Shown here: positions 40,419-54,680 of the stretch, piece after piece
How the letters are laid out: every line of letters begins with the position of its first letter
Numbering within the stretch: position 1 is the stretch's first letter
Assembly: GCA_000182565.2 (NCBI GenBank)
Contig: KQ257463.1
Reading direction: 5' to 3' (one strand)
DNA from: Spizellomyces punctatus DAOM BR117
Lineage: Eukaryota
Length of the DNA stretch: 64,000 nucleotides
Notes under the pieces: model-generated
Databases searched by the model: none
Told to the model about the DNA's origin: nothing
What the model saw: only the letters and a program-made list of their open reading frames with translations
Translations under genes and position numbers: made by a program

Positions 40419-43191
40419 TCACTTTTCGGCGGGTGGTGCTCTGTGAACGCAAGGTATACAATGAGCTCTTTGTCTTTCAAAACAATAAACCTAATAGCAA
40501 AAGTGAAGAACAAAAACATACGTGAAAGAACCATCTGTGCAGTAGTAATCGAATTGCACACCTCCACGAATGTCAGGGTTCCAGGCCCAAACGGGAGCAT
40601 TGAGCTGCATGTTGGTCAAAACCGTAATGACGAGAATACATACTGCCGCGCCAGAGTCCAGCGCAACGGCCAATACATAGTTATACTTTTTCCACCAATC
40701 GTTTGCGTGTCGGAACAGGTAATATTGGAAGATGAATGCGGCGATGAGCGGCATGATATAGTGGTTCTGTAGACCGCCTGCACCAGAAAAGTATGCAATG
40801 AGGGGAATGTTGATATACATCCACCGGCGAGAAGGGTGTATCTTGTTTCCAAGCCACGGGAGGATGGGAAGGAGAAGACCGATCAGGAAGCACCAGAGGA
40901 GGGGACCGTAAATGGCGCCGATACCAAAGAAACGTTGAGGACCAATGGCACCCCAAATGGCACCTGCAGAGTAGAAAGTACGGTAGGAGAGGGCTTGCCA
41001 GTCACCTTTACCAATTTCCATGCTGGACATGACAAAGAAGGTTGCGATAGTGGAAACGATGGCGCCAACAAATGTGCCGTAGAACTGGGCGGCTAGCATG
41101 GCACGGGGAGCGATTTTCATGTAGTGACCGAGTTTGAGGTCGCCAAGAAGAGACATGGCTTGGATGGCTGTGTTGGTGCCGAGGGATTTGAAGGCCATGA
41201 CAGCGACTGTTCAGATGAGCACAGACGATTTAGGGCAAGGTCAAAAGTAAGTAAATGAAACGACCGCATCAGTACGTACCAGTCTTGCCTGGAATCATCA
41301 ACCCGATCACAAACTCAGTCAAAACGTTCAAGAACATTTGAGTTCCCGTAATTGCCAGAATTACGCCAATAGGTAGAATCATGATACCCGCCAGTCCAAT
41401 CGCAAGGAGAACAGCCCATATTGGCATTTCAAATGCTGAGAACTGGGCAACCAGGATCATTGCAATTGTCATAACGACGAGAATACCCAAGTAAACAATT
41501 TCCGGTACTTCGGGGTAAGCTTTCATGAGTTCGTTGTGAATATCGGTCTCTTGGCGGCCCGATCTGTTCATAATCTCTTTGATTTGTCGCCAGATGTCGC
41601 GACCGTACCAGAGGACAACGTGCGAAACGGTGGCAGCAACCGCCATGAAAGACGAGCCGTAATTGACTATTGCGTGCCAAAAATATGAAATAGGTTACAA
41701 AACGTGAACCAAATCCCGGAGAAGGACACAAGATGACGATACGTACGAGCAAATAGGGAGGTGATCCGCACAGGACCCAACTGCTGATATGCCGTCTCAT
41801 CCAAATCAAACGTTGTCTTATTGTACAACTTGAGCGGGCTCACAATGTTTCCGGTATTATCGAACAGCGACACAGAGTTCAATACAGGCAAGGTCATATT
41901 GTCCTGATCCCGCGCTCCTGTCGTCAGCTGCTGGTCCATGCCAAAAGCATTTGAATAAAAGACGATGGGAGTTAAGACCCACGTCCACAACCAGTTGGAG
42001 CCAATATAATTGAGAGTGGCCCAGAAAGGGGCTGTAAGGAAACCTCCGCCAATGTAGGTCCAGTCAAAGGAGAGCGCACCAATACCGATACCTCCGCCGT
42101 TATCGCTGGATCCAAGAAACCGTGCCTTTTTGTTGGTGGTGATGAGACAGAGGACACTGACGGTTTGCAGAACGACCATAAGGTACTCGGGTAGCCATGT
42201 GTATGCAAAGGCACCCGCAAAGGCAACGAGGAAAAACGTGAACCGAGACATTCTCCACCTGCTGCTCTTTGACAGCCTCTTTTCCTTTTCGGACCCGTGG
42301 AAACTGACAAAAAGCGCGATAAGCGACAACGTAGAAGGCCACATCATTTGTTTGGGCCAGACAACGAAACGGCGCATGATGCCTGCCAGGCCAAACCCGA
42401 TAAACTGGGATGCAAGAATCCAAGCAAATGATTCCCAAATGTTGATGGACTGGTTGCCCATGAAGAGTTCTGCCTTTTGAGTGACAACATTGTCAAGGCC
42501 GTAAGCCCCAGCGGCGCCGGCGCCAGCGATGATACTGATCAGAACGTGCTCTTTTTGGGAGAAGGGACCCGGATTGAGCGAGAAGGTCCATTTGTAGACC
42601 GTGACGGATTTATCAGGGAGTACTCTGGCAAGGAATTTTCCCATCGGGAAGGAAAGCAACTGTGCAAAAAATGTTTCAATCAGAATAAGGCCATCCCAAC
42701 TGTCAAAATCATCTTGTTGAAAATACATACGGTTGCGACAGTGGATGTGACGCCAAAAGGATTGGTACGGAAGGCGAGAATAGAATTGGCCCCACCAAGG
42801 AGGACACACCAAAGCGTACCAAGTACCATTACGCGAAAACTAAGCGAAAAGCAAACCGTCCAGAATAAATATACGGAAATTCGAAATAAACAAATGTGTG
42901 AGAACGATACCTGAAAGTAGGTGCACTCGGATCATCTGTAGTAGGCACCACGGCATTGATGGCTTTATCAACATCATCCTGAGTTTGAAACAGTAATATT
43001 TAACAACTAAACCTTTCCGTAAAAACAAATCCGAGAAAACACTATCGCACCTCTTCGACAAAGACATCGTCTTCATAGTCTTTGTCGTATTTTTCCTTCT
43101 TGTCGAGGCCCGGCAAAACATCCTCTCTCAAAGATGGAGGAAAGAGAGTTTTGTCTTTTTCAAATTCCTTTGAGTCACGCATGCTGGTCAT
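40419..43191 (-). CDS. OPT-family oligopeptide transporter
   Basis: NPGPFSQKEHVLI, VWPKQMMWPSTL, DIHNELMKAYPEVP, DLKLGHYMKIAPR, WGAIGP and WWKKYNYVLAVALDSG. Confidence 0.95.
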
Positions 43192-44844
43192 CGTTGCAGT
43201 AATTCAAAAAAAAAAACCAAATCGTTCAGAGTTCTCCCAGTAAAACCAAAGAAAACGAAATATATTCTAGACAATCATCGCCTGGGAACAATTCAGCCAG
43301 CGGAGGGAAAGAAAAGTTGGGCTGGTCTATATGCATAATTCCCCACACGAATGGAGGCCTTATCGTTGAGACCTGGTAGGTGACCTTTGGAGGCATCATA
43401 CGGGGAGTCATTAGGCGATGTGGCGCAGGGACTTAGCTACGCGTTCGGTTTTCCCCCCGTAAGTTTGGTCCGAAACTGAGTTTGAAAGACATTTTTCATA
43501 TGGAAGGTGAGCATTTTGGTGATGGAACTCTTCGAATAAAGAATGTCTGCAAGATGTTTATCTTTTTTTGAATGGTTTTGAAGACAGATTCAGAAGAGTT
43601 CGAAAGGGATCTCTCTGGTGTGGACTCTTTACGACATCTTTTACGGCAACATCATTTTGCATGCCAGTTCAAAAAATAGAGCGAAGAGAAGATATGGGTG
43701 CCATAGTCCTCGTATGAAATTCTGCAATGTAGAATGCCATTTTGTTATCTCGGCGGTACTTTTTAGAGTGGTACGTACATGACCCACGGAGGAGGTCCCG
43801 GAACCAATAAAGCACCATTTGAGACAGAAATCCCCAAGAATAGATGGCTACATTTTCGTCTACAAAGCGTCTACAAATAGTTCATCACCTGGTCGATATC
43901 AGCGTTTCATACGTTGATTTTTGGTGCTGGATCGTTTGTAAGGAGATTTGTCACAACCTCTCATATGGGCATATTCTATTTGAGTTATCTTTGTAATAAG
44001 GCTTCCAAATGTCGCTCACCCCCGCACAATATCCGCAACCTTAAACGAAAAATCTCGGAGCAAACCCTCAAATGCGCAGGCTCACAAACTTGTAGGACTG
44101 GTCGAAAATATCCCCATATCCACGTGATAGCCATTCGTTGATATCTGTAAATCGTTATCCGAATTTGCACAAGGACCACCGAGAACGACTTTAGGTTACC
44201 AAATTGTAGCTTGTATGATTTTGACATGCGCGGGGGTTGCATCGAGTATCAGAATACACTCATTGTGAGCTCCACAAGTGCTTCAAGAAGTACACGTATT
44301 GCTTTCTGCACCATTCAGATCATGAACGATATCATTGCAAACGTTGTCGACATTGAGCAACTGTACTTAATGACGAGACTTGTCTGCGGTATCTACAGTG
44401 GCCCTATCTAGTATCGGCCCAGGCTTTCCCTGCAGTCTCTGACTCTTATAGACAAGGACAGAGTGCATTGCACTTGCTTGAGTTGGTTCCAACAACTGGA
44501 AATGGTTTAACAGAGACAGAGTAATCCCTCGACATTGCAGAAATGTAGCCCAACCTATGCCAAAATAGCAACTTGCATTATCGTTGCTCATTTTGGGACA
44601 TGACATACATTCAAATCCATCAAATCCAGAGGTCATGCCTAAATAGCAAAACAGCCCATCGATTCTAAAATGCGTATGTAGCAACAAAACGATGGAAAAT
44701 AACAAATGCCAGTCGTTTCAACCCTTAAGGCTGAGTCACATGATCATGGATGTGTCATCATCAACCTTAACGTCTTCCCTTCTTGGCGTCTTTATCCCTG
44801 GCTAATAAAAGATCCTTTTACGGCCCCATCGTTTGCAGACGACA

Positions 44845-46603
44845 ATGAAGGAGCCGGCGATTACACTGGTAAGACATGACATGATTGAGAGTCTAGTGAC
44901 ATGCTTGCTCACTGGATACATGTACATTGTAGATCCCTCTTGAAGGGCAAGAGAGCTTTGTGGAAGGGCACTATGGCATTGAGGCAACCACACTCAGAGG
45001 AACTATCCGTATATCACAGCCAAACAGAACTCCACTCTCTCTGTATTCAGCAACGATTGCTTTTCATGCATCTGTATCGTCATGGGAAGAGCATGATCTT
45101 TTGGAGCTCCACAGTTCTATCCTTCCGGAGGACCACGACGGGAAACTGGAACAGGGCACACATATTCTAGAGTGGTCTCTAGACCTCCCGTCTGAACCTC
45201 TCCTACCACCCTCTCGAAAAGTGGTTAGCTCATCTATGGGGTATAATCGAACCATGTATAGAGTCAAGTACCGTTTGGTCGCGACTCTGTGCTGGCACGG
45301 TATTATGGGAAGGGCACGAAAGGAGGCCATGGTTCCCATTGAGCCGTTTACTGTTTATCCCGATCCAGATCGGGATGAGCAACTTGTCAAGAGTATTCTT
45401 TCTCCTGCGGGGTTCAGATGGGAGGATATTACGTCTTTGGTGCAGTATGATGTGGCCGTGTCGTCGACCGTCTTGGGACCGGGCGATAGTTTTGATTTTG
45501 CTTTCAGAGTTGTTCCGAGGGGTCATGTATGCGAAAACATTAAATTTAAATTGATTGAGATATGCGACGTTGCCAAAATCCCGTCGTCCAATGCTTCCCA
45601 GCTGTCCACAGGGGCGACCAAGAGGTGAGTGCAGTCTCGATAACTACGCTTTGTTCATATTGGTTGACCAAAGCTCATTCGGCGTATTTTCAGAAAACTT
45701 ATCTCTTGGGATTGGAAATCCTCTTGCTGGAATGCTCTTGAGGATTTCTTTGACAACCAATGGCACCGAATGACCGTGCCGTCTCAACCTCGACCGAATC
45801 CCTCTACGATCGAATCAGAGTACGCACAAGGAGGTCTACATGGCACGGTTCGACACCAAATCAGAATTGTTATAGAGTTTGATGACGCTCCAAGTATAAA
45901 GTTGGAGTGTCCTGTCACCATCTTGTCTGTCCCGCAAGACAGTGTGCGAAAGGTCCTCGGTGGACATTCACTCACGCGAGCCTTGTCTTTGGACCGAGGA
46001 CGCACGGTTCGCAGAGACGACGAATCATTGGAAAGAGTTTCCAAAGTGGCCGAAAATGAGACTGTTCGCAAGGGATCTACCACTCGCCGACGGAACAGTG
46101 CCAGTGAACTGAAACCAACTTTGAGCATCAAGTCCATCGGCACCATAAAGCGCCTCGACACAAGCTCTTTTGCCACACGTCGTGCGGCAACGGTTCCTTC
46201 TACCCCTCCTGAGATAGCTCCCACGCCGCACGTGACGCCAACTGATTTAGCGACATCCATGGCGGCACTTCAGACAACCCTTCTCAATACTCTTCAACAA
46301 AATCAACAAGTCCTAATCGACAAACTCACCATAATGGATGTAGAACAAAAGAGGCTTGTCCGCCGCGTCCTAGAACTCGAAGCCTACATGCGCGAAAACA
46401 TGCCGTCATTGCAAAGAGAAGAAGGTTACGAGAGCGAGAATCAATCCACGGTCCATTCTTCCTCTGGATTTAGTTTTGTTGTTACAAATGACCGGGCTGC
46501 TCCTGCTGCTGAGGATCCAGCAAAGAGCAAGCAACCCAAGGGGCTTCGGAGCTTGTTCCATAGACGATCGTTTGATTCTCGCGCAGCTTGGTCAGGAAAG
46601 TAG
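44845..46603 (+). CDS. Arrestin-like beta-sandwich protein with C-terminal coiled coil
   Basis: LRGTIRI, LEQGTHILEWSLDLP..LLPPS, VKYRLVATL, LGPGDSF and VRHQIRIVIEF...LECPVTI fit the arrestin N/C fold pattern. Confidence 0.65.
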
Positions 46604-48708
46604 GGTTTAGACTTGTTGACATTTGTGTAGTTCGTTTCTTGTATTTTAAAAGGTTGGTGGGATATTGGGGTAGATTTGAGGACGGTATTTGTGTTTGCGT
46701 CATGTAGAATATATCCATACAGCAGTTTCAAATTGGAGCCCTTGTCTGCTTTCCCGTTTAGGGAACCTCAGTAGCCACAGTCAGGCATATTCATTTGTTT
46801 CTCTACCACCCCCTTGCGACAGCCATATCACCGCTCCTGATGTACAGAGCAGCTTCAGGGCGGAAGATGCGGACCTGGCTTTTTTGGGACTACAAACCGT
46901 GATAGGAAAGTGCGTCCAACGCAGTATCACTCTTTAAGATCCTGAGTAAGCGGGACCATCGACACCCTTGGTCTTTCACGAGTTTTAAGAACCGGAGAAG
47001 CCATCATTTGCGTCATGCTCTTTGTGAGATGCCCATGTAAGCTTAGCCACGTGGATATTGTATACTCGCAAGCTGAGAGGATGACACTTGAGGGAACGGT
47101 TGCACTCTTGTCTCTCGTTTGCTGTACTCTTGCACGTAGAGTCCATCCTCGCCACCTACCCAACATCCATGTCACAACCAAAACAATCAACATGGCCAAG
47201 TTCCTGTCATGAGACAAGCGACCCCGATATGGTGACATGTCCGTCCTTGGTGCATTCCCATCTGCATGCATTCTGCGAGGGAAACGACTATCGATGGGCC
47301 TTTATCCCCGACAGTGGATAATGAGGTTTGACCGTTCGGTGGCAAAGAATAGCACATGCTACCTCTCCCTCTCTCCACCAGCTCGATGGACACACACACG
47401 ACAGGAGCGTGCCAAGAAAAAAAAAATAATCTGGGACATGGCACCAAAAGAGTACGACAAAGAAACTCAATCATGTTTGAATTGTTGTTTTCCTTGTCGG
47501 CACAATAACCATTGTACAAGGCACTTGTTGCCTCTGGGTCATGCTTCTTTTGCGATCATGCTTTGAACTGCTCCATGGAAAGCATGTGGAATCTGCAAAA
47601 AAAGTCCAATCACTCTAGAGATTTCTCCTTTAATGATGAATCTTTTTTTGATTTTGCTAGACCCTTCTCACATGTCGTGGCTTTTGGGATAGGGACATGT
47701 TTGTCTTTAAGCTTTTGTTTTGTCCCGCCCATTGGTGATCTCTCCCAAAACTAGAAACTAAATAGGACTTGCTTACACATACGCGGCACTCGAGTTCCCC
47801 CCTTCAACTCCCCTATTGCCTTTAAAGATCATGGAGAACCCTCCAACCATGTGCCGAGGCCAAGACCACAGACGATGAAGGGCAAGGACATGTGCTAGTG
47901 GGTAACGACTCAAACATTGTCGCCTGCCGTGGTAAAAACGCTTTCTTTGCAATAGTTCAAAACGGAAGGGAAATGGCCGAAATACCCGCAACGGGAGGTC
48001 ACTAAAGGCCAAAAATGGGTCTTTCAACGTGCTGGCTGACCCCTCCGATCGCTTACATAAGCTGATCGCCACGTGCAAAGTGAGCCTTTAGGAAATTGTC
48101 ATCTATTGGAGGCTTGCCATTTGACACAAACTGCATTCGGGCTTGTTTTTTTTTGTAAACGATGAACAGATGATAACAAGGGTTTTGGATATGCTGATGC
48201 ATGGTTTTGTAAGAATGGTTGTTGCATTGGCGTTTGCATCGGCCGTCGGATGTAAATGGGGTTTCATCTAACAAGAGCTATTGCTAAAACCCAGGCAGAC
48301 TGCGCGTAACTAGTTAGATGTGTGCGGTTTGTCTCCCCCCCCCCCCCCCCCGTGCATAGCAAAAGACAAGAAAAGGAAATGGAAAACTGAACACCACAAG
48401 TGTTGAAGCGTCTTTTTTCCTTGTGTCAAATTTCAAAAGTCTCCCCCAAAAACTAGAAGATCATTTGTCTATCGCTCTCTGCTCTCGTGCATGCAGAACG
48501 CACGTTGCAGCTTCTTGTTTTTCTTTTAGAAACGACCAGCCAGCAACACAAACACACGCACTTTTGTTTTAGAGTTTTGTGTTTTCGACCATGGAAGTTC
48601 GCCTCATACGATATCAGTAAAGAGAGTGACATAAAGGTGATGCAAGGCCATCTGCCCCTTTCGCTCTTGTAAACGAACGTATATATTTAGCGATATAGTT
48701 TGTTACCC

Positions 48709-51700
48709 ATGTGGAGTTTGTTGGTGGTTCTGTGTTTGCTGCTGTGTTCTGTGGAAGGAGGTGGTGAGTGTCACTTCGGTTGGGCCACGGCTGTGTGATG
48801 GAACACTGAGCAAAGATCTCCTACAGTCGTCATTGAAGGTGGTGGTGCATCGTTTCCAGCTACATTATATCAGAAATGGATGGACGAATTCACCAACAAG
48901 TATGGTAAGCACACCATCCTTGTCGACATGGATCCAGGTCTTTGTGGATGGCTCAATCGACTCGATACTTCTTGCCCCTTTAGCAACCTACCTCTCTGGC
49001 ATACACTACACACCCTCCAGCAGCACCAATGGCGTCAAGCTCCTTACTTCCGGATCCATCAACTTTGCCGGCTCCGACATCCCACCAGAATCGTCGGATC
49101 CGTCCATTGTCTACTTTCCCTCCGTTGCTGGCGCCATCGCCATCGCATACAATATCCCCGGCCTAGCAGCCCCGCTTACGCTTACCCGACAGAACATTGC
49201 GGATATATTTAGCGGACGGGTAACAACCTGGGCGGATGCGAGCTTGCAAGCCAGGAACCCCGGTTTGGGCCCTGCGTTGGCGGGAAAAACACCACCACCG
49301 CGGATTCAACTCGTGGTGCGAAAACCGGGATCCGGCACCACAGGCAATTTCGTGGCTGCTTTGCATTCGTTTGATTCGAGTTTTCCTGGACCGATCAGTG
49401 GTAATTTTTTCCTCGTTCATGTTGCATTCCATTTCTTGCATTGTGGCTCATCAGAATACGTTATTGTTAGCCAATCTTGATTGGAGCACCTTGAGCAATA
49501 TTACCGGTGCGCTGGTCGCCAGCACCAATGGTGCCGTCGGAATCCTTGTTTCCTCTCTTCCTTATGCGGTATCGTACATGGATTTAACAGAAGTGACTAC
49601 TTCGGCGAACAACGGGGGTCAAGTAGGTGTAGCTAATGTGATCAATAAGAATGGTGATACAGTATTGCCGAGTACCACTTCGCTGCAGGTAAGGTGAAAG
49701 GTAGTCATTGATCGGGATAATTCACAACATTGACAGAATGCTTGGGTTGGCGGCTTTCCTTTTATAGGCGGCCATGTCCATCGAACGCTCCCTCGATCCC
49801 AGCGAGCTGAATAAGAATGTGATCGATTCGGCCAGCCCTGGTGCATATCCTATGACAGTGTTTACATACATTGTCTTGAGAAACAAGTTCATCGCAAATG
49901 ATACTGCGACAGCGCGGTGGACGCTGAGGTACTTGTATTGGACGTTGACGAACGGAGGGGTATGTACTGCAAACATATTTGCAATGTAGTATCGTGCCAG
50001 CATCGTGCTGATCCAAACGCAACCACTCTATAGTCCACTGCCATAGCAAACCAATTTGCTCCGCTGAGTCCCGCTTTATCCCAATACTCTCTTACCCAAC
50101 TACAGTCTATCACAAATGGAAACCAAAGCCTGTACGGGCAATCTCTTTGCGACTTTCCGCCGGGACATCCCAAAGGCTGCGTCAACGGCGCCTGCTTCCT
50201 GGACCTCCCTTTCCAAGATGCTAAAGCGCAATGCATCTGTACATCGGGCCACATCAATGTTGATAAGAGCGATTGCTCCGAATCCGTGCGTGTCTATCGC
50301 GTAGCCCGAGACGATGCATTTGGAATTACGTCCCTGGTACTAATGTTGATTGGATGGGCTATCGTTGGAGGAATTTGGGCCGTGGTATTTTGGTGCAGAC
50401 ATCGACCACAAATCAAAGCCATTTCACCGGCGTGTTGTTGGGTGTTACTGGCAGGATGTATGGTAGGACTGTGCGGAATCCTGCCCTATGCAGGGATCCC
50501 CACGTATGCAATGTGTCGCCTGCGGGTATTTTTTCCCCCAGTTGCTTTTGGAATGGGTTTCGGGTAAGTGAAGGCTTGTGCGGAGTTATTCAGACCTCGC
50601 TACTTTATTGACGCTTCGTCTCTAATAGAATGATGCTCATGAAGCTCTGGCGTATTTACCTCATATTTGAACACCAACGCAACTACTTTCGCTTGAGTAT
50701 CGGACTCGGGGATCGCAAATCCCGTGTGTCATTTGCGCGGAACTCTCACCTAATGATCGGCACACTGCTCATTGTCCTCGTCGAATTCCTCCTCGCGGGT
50801 GCTTGGGTTATAGTCACCTCCCCTTACGTCGAAACTCATCTCGATGACTCTGCAACCGGCAAAGTCCATGCGGAATGCACGGTGGAACCTAGCAAAAAAG
50901 CCCTAGACACCTTGTTGACATCCGTTCTCTACGTCTTTAACGCTGGACTCTTGATTGCCTGTCTTTTGATGGCTTTCCACACCCGTCGAGCCTACAAACG
51001 ATTCCGGGAGAGCAAGACAATGGGATTTTGCATCTACATTGTGGGCGTTTTGATGATTTTTGGTCTACCGGTCTTGTACGCCATTCCCGCCAAAGAGGAA
51101 ACGACCATAGGAATTCGCAAGTTGGTAACTTGCATCATCATCTTTTGTTCCTCGACTGGTGTCGCATTACTGTTATTTGTTCCGAGGCTCATTGAGACGT
51201 TTAATGGCGATGATTTGAATGTAGACAAGTATTCACTAGAGCCGCGGGGGAGTAGTGCGCGAGATGTGATGGTGTCAAGTGCTCCAAGCACTTACGGGGC
51301 CGGGTCCTCTGTGCAGCCTGGGTCTTCGACACCCATCTGCATGGACGTAACAGTTCGAAAAGACAATGTGGATGCAACATGGGTGCCGTCTCTCCTCTGT
51401 ATTATTCCCCACGTCGACCTCCTCCTCTTTCTTGCCAACGACAATGTCCTCCTCTCATTTAAAATGAGTGACGTCCGGTATGAAGTCCTTCAAATCCGGC
51501 CTGCTGTCGTACCCAATCCCGTCAAGAGATTCTCGGCCGGGGAAACTGGTAGTAAAGTCAAATCTCGTATTATGCTCTACCAAAACACGGAGCGGTGGAC
51601 GGCTTGTATGGTGGAATTTAAAAGTGGGACGGGATTGCAGCAGTTGATGTCCTTGTTGGGAGATGTAGGGAAGGAAGGTGATATATCGAATGGGACAGTG

Positions 51701-51721
51701 GTCGATGAGGTGACTGTTTAA
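48709..51721 (+). CDS. Class C-type 7TM receptor with N-terminal PstS-like phosphate-binding domain and EGF-like linker
   Basis: Signal peptide; GGGASFPATLYQKW, FAGSD, RKPGSGTT and GAYPMTVFTYIVL (PstS); Cys-rich linker; IKAISP, KLWRIYLIF, FRESKTMGFCIY and LFVPRL (7tm_3). Confidence 0.88.
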
Positions 51722-52164
51722 AAGAGGTGACCGCAATGTGGGCAGTTGTGGTTGAGATATGTAGATACCCCCCTCCTTTATTGTCTTGTCAAGGCAGTGA
51801 ATTTTGCTTTTTCGACAAATGGTGCATTTTTCTTTTGGTTGCTGGGATTTCTTCCAGCTATGATTCGTTTTTCTTTGTAGAGTAGGCACGTTTTTTTTTT
51901 TCACTTTTCTGCATTTATTAGAGAATAGCATCTCTTGAAACTTCTCGCATATTTTCAATATACTAGTTGTGCGTGAGTGTTGGGTACGTCCATCCACCCT
52001 TTGAGATATACAAGGTGCCAAAAACGCCTATGGAATTTTACAAGTTGAAAATGGGTATCCTGCTATGTACAAACCAACCTATATGAAGAATGAAAGAAAA
52101 TATCTACAGAATCGTTTGGGTTTTTTTTGTATGCCACCACCATTTGTACCTCCCCCCATCATCC

Positions 52165-53052
52165 TCACTTTTTCGCTGCCCTTTTTCTTTTCTCAACTGC
52201 CACATGCCTTTTCAACGCATCGCTCCTCGCAAATGTCAAGTCACAATGCGGACATTCAAAAGGCTTGCGTCCCACCGTGTGCAAGGATACTTTGTGACGT
52301 AGAAAATCGTGCTTACGAGCAAATGCCAAAGGGCACTGTGGACATTTGAAGGGGCGAGTATGAGAGTGGGCTCCGCGGATGTGCGCGAGGAGGTTGTAGC
52401 GGCGTGTAAAGCTTTTCGGGCATGCTGAGCAGGGGTGCCGCCGTAGGGGGAGATTTGAAGGTTGTTCAGTGCGTGATGTGGATGTGGGTGTCTGTTTTTG
52501 TATGGGTGACATGATGCTGACGTTTGTCGCTGAGCGTTCGTGTTGCTTTTGATCTTCTCGTTCCATGGGTTTCTTTAATACAGGTTGGACCAAGGTGTTC
52601 AGCATGAACAAGTCCAGATCGCTCATTGACGGACTGGTCATGAGAGGATCTTCTGTCGCTGTGAGACTTTGCGGAGTGAGCGGAAATTCCACCGGTGCGC
52701 CAAGAGGACTCGAAGAAGGAAACTCGACCGAAAAGTTCGACATGTCCGTCTCATCCTCCGTTAGAAAGGCGCTTTGAGGGGTTGGTGGCATACCGTCTAC
52801 CACAATTTCCGGTACAGGTACCTCATCAAAAAATGAATACTCTTGGCATGGTGGACTCGAAAACGCTTCGTAGCCTGTCAACATTAAACGATTGTCCATA
52901 TAGGGTGGGGACTGAAGAGAGGTGGGAAGGGGTGAAGGGGCTAGGAGAAGCATGGTAGCCGGATCGAGATAGCCGTCCATGACAGTCATTTCCTGCGGAT
53001 AAAGGTCTAGCAGGGGGTAGGTGGCTGTCGGATATGCTGAAAAGTACGCCAT
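52165..53052 (-). CDS. C2H2 zinc-finger transcription factor (3 fingers)
   Basis: CSACPKSFTRRYNLLAH, RPFKCPQC..F...DFLRH and KPFECPHCDLTFARSDALKRH, with an acidic/Pro-rich N-terminus. Confidence 0.92.
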   Translation of the reverse strand: MAYFSAYPTATYPLLDLYPQEMTVMDGYLDPATMLLLAPSPLPTSLQSPPYMDNRLMLTGYEAFSSPPCQEYSFFDEVPVPEIVVDGMPPTPQSAFLTEDETDMSNFSVEFPSSSPLGAPVEFPLTPQSLTATEDPLMTSPSMSDLDLFMLNTLVQPVLKKPMEREDQKQHERSATNVSIMSPIQKQTPTSTSRTEQPSNLPLRRHPCSACPKSFTRRYNLLAHIRGAHSHTRPFKCPQCPLAFARKHDFLRHKVSLHTVGRKPFECPHCDLTFARSDALKRHVAVEKRKRAAKK

Positions 53053-54680
53053 GGAATATACTGTGCGTTTGTTTTAATGAAAGTTGTCTTGACGATTTTC
53101 AGGCATAAAAAAGAAAGCGAACACAAAAGAGCTAACCATGCGTGTGCAGTTATCTTTATACTCGTGCGCTGGAATACCCCGGAGTAGAGGCTGACGATTA
53201 CAAAGAAGAAGCCTGTCAAACCTCACACCCTCCTCATACGCCGAGAGTTCAGCCAAAAAAAAAAAAAAAAAAACCGACGAAAGGTATTTCTGGCGGTCGA
53301 TGACAAACTCATGTCGCTCGACTTGTCCCAACCATGTGAAGAGCAAAAAAACGACACGGTTCGCTGCCCTTTTACCGCAAGGGACTACGAGTGCGGTAGG
53401 GCTTTGGAATGAAGGAATGGACAACGGGGCTTCTTGGATGCGCTGGCATAAAGCCTCGTGGGTGAGTCATTGGAAGAAGGAGCAAAAAGGGCTTTTGTTG
53501 TGGGGTGACTTTGGGTCGCTGCAACCGGCGATTCAATCGTGCTTGCAGTGTTGCTGCTGCTGCACTGGCCAACAGGGGAAACTGTTCAGATGATTTACAA
53601 TTTGTGCTTTAGCTCACCGATTTCATTTTCCATCATTCCGATGGACATTTTCGTTATTTCGCCAGGAAAACTCTACCATCTTGCTTGGGCGGGATGAGTC
53701 CGTAGGGAATCACGGCTGGGTTCTTGGATTATGTAATCGACCGTCAGTGACCTGGAGTTTTGCGCAGCTGTTGCCGTCACCGCCTTTGGCTGCAGGTCGT
53801 GACCGGAGCTGTCAATTTCATGCACTGCCATGCAGCTTTTTTTAGCAATCCCAAAGCAAAGTGAGACCGATGCTTACTACGGCGCTGTTGGGTAAAAGTC
53901 GTGCACCTGCCATTGGAGAGATTGTAACGCTGGGTCGCGCTGGAATAGATCGTTCTACTAGGGACTTGCATGGACTCTGAAATTTCAGATATTGGCCGGA
54001 AGCGGAAGGAAAGCTTTTTGTATCATATGTAATGCACGGAGACAACGAATGTGTTTATCTGGATCTTGGTTGCATACATTTACCACATTGATTGGGGGAC
54101 CCTCCAGGGCATCCCAACAGGACAAAGTCTCCCTTCCCATTCTCAGAACGCACACGACTCAGCTATTACAGGCATAACTTGCTTGGAATGGGCGTCCATC
54201 GATGCTCACATTAAAAGCATTCGCGTTACCATTGGCCAATTGTGCGCGCAAATAGGATATCACACAAAACAAGCATTCTCCTCTGCATGATACTAACAAG
54301 ATTTAGCAACGACAGCAATTGACAGGATTGGATAAAGATGTGGCATATTAAATGAGGTTACAAGGCAGAGGAAGGCCGCAGATATCCATTTACAAACGAT
54401 AATTCTCAATTTCTCGACTTTTATAAGCTCAATTTTAGTTTTGCTTGCAATAGCACCTTCAATTTGTTGATGAATTCTTGCATTCTTGAATCGGTATCTG
54501 AATCCGACTTTCCCTTCTATCCGTCGGCATGCGATCCCAAATGTCAAATGTCAAATTCCTCCTTCCTACGCACGTGATTATCGGGCCTTGCGTAATCCTC
54601 AGCCTTGCCTTCCTGCTGCCCAGCCATTGTCATCTCCGATCGTGGCGCCCCAGAAAACTGTGCTAACGCATCACAGCCCA

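Noticed and set aside
48335-48351. Poly-C tract (also poly-A near 53255)
   Set aside because: Simple homopolymers with no further structure.
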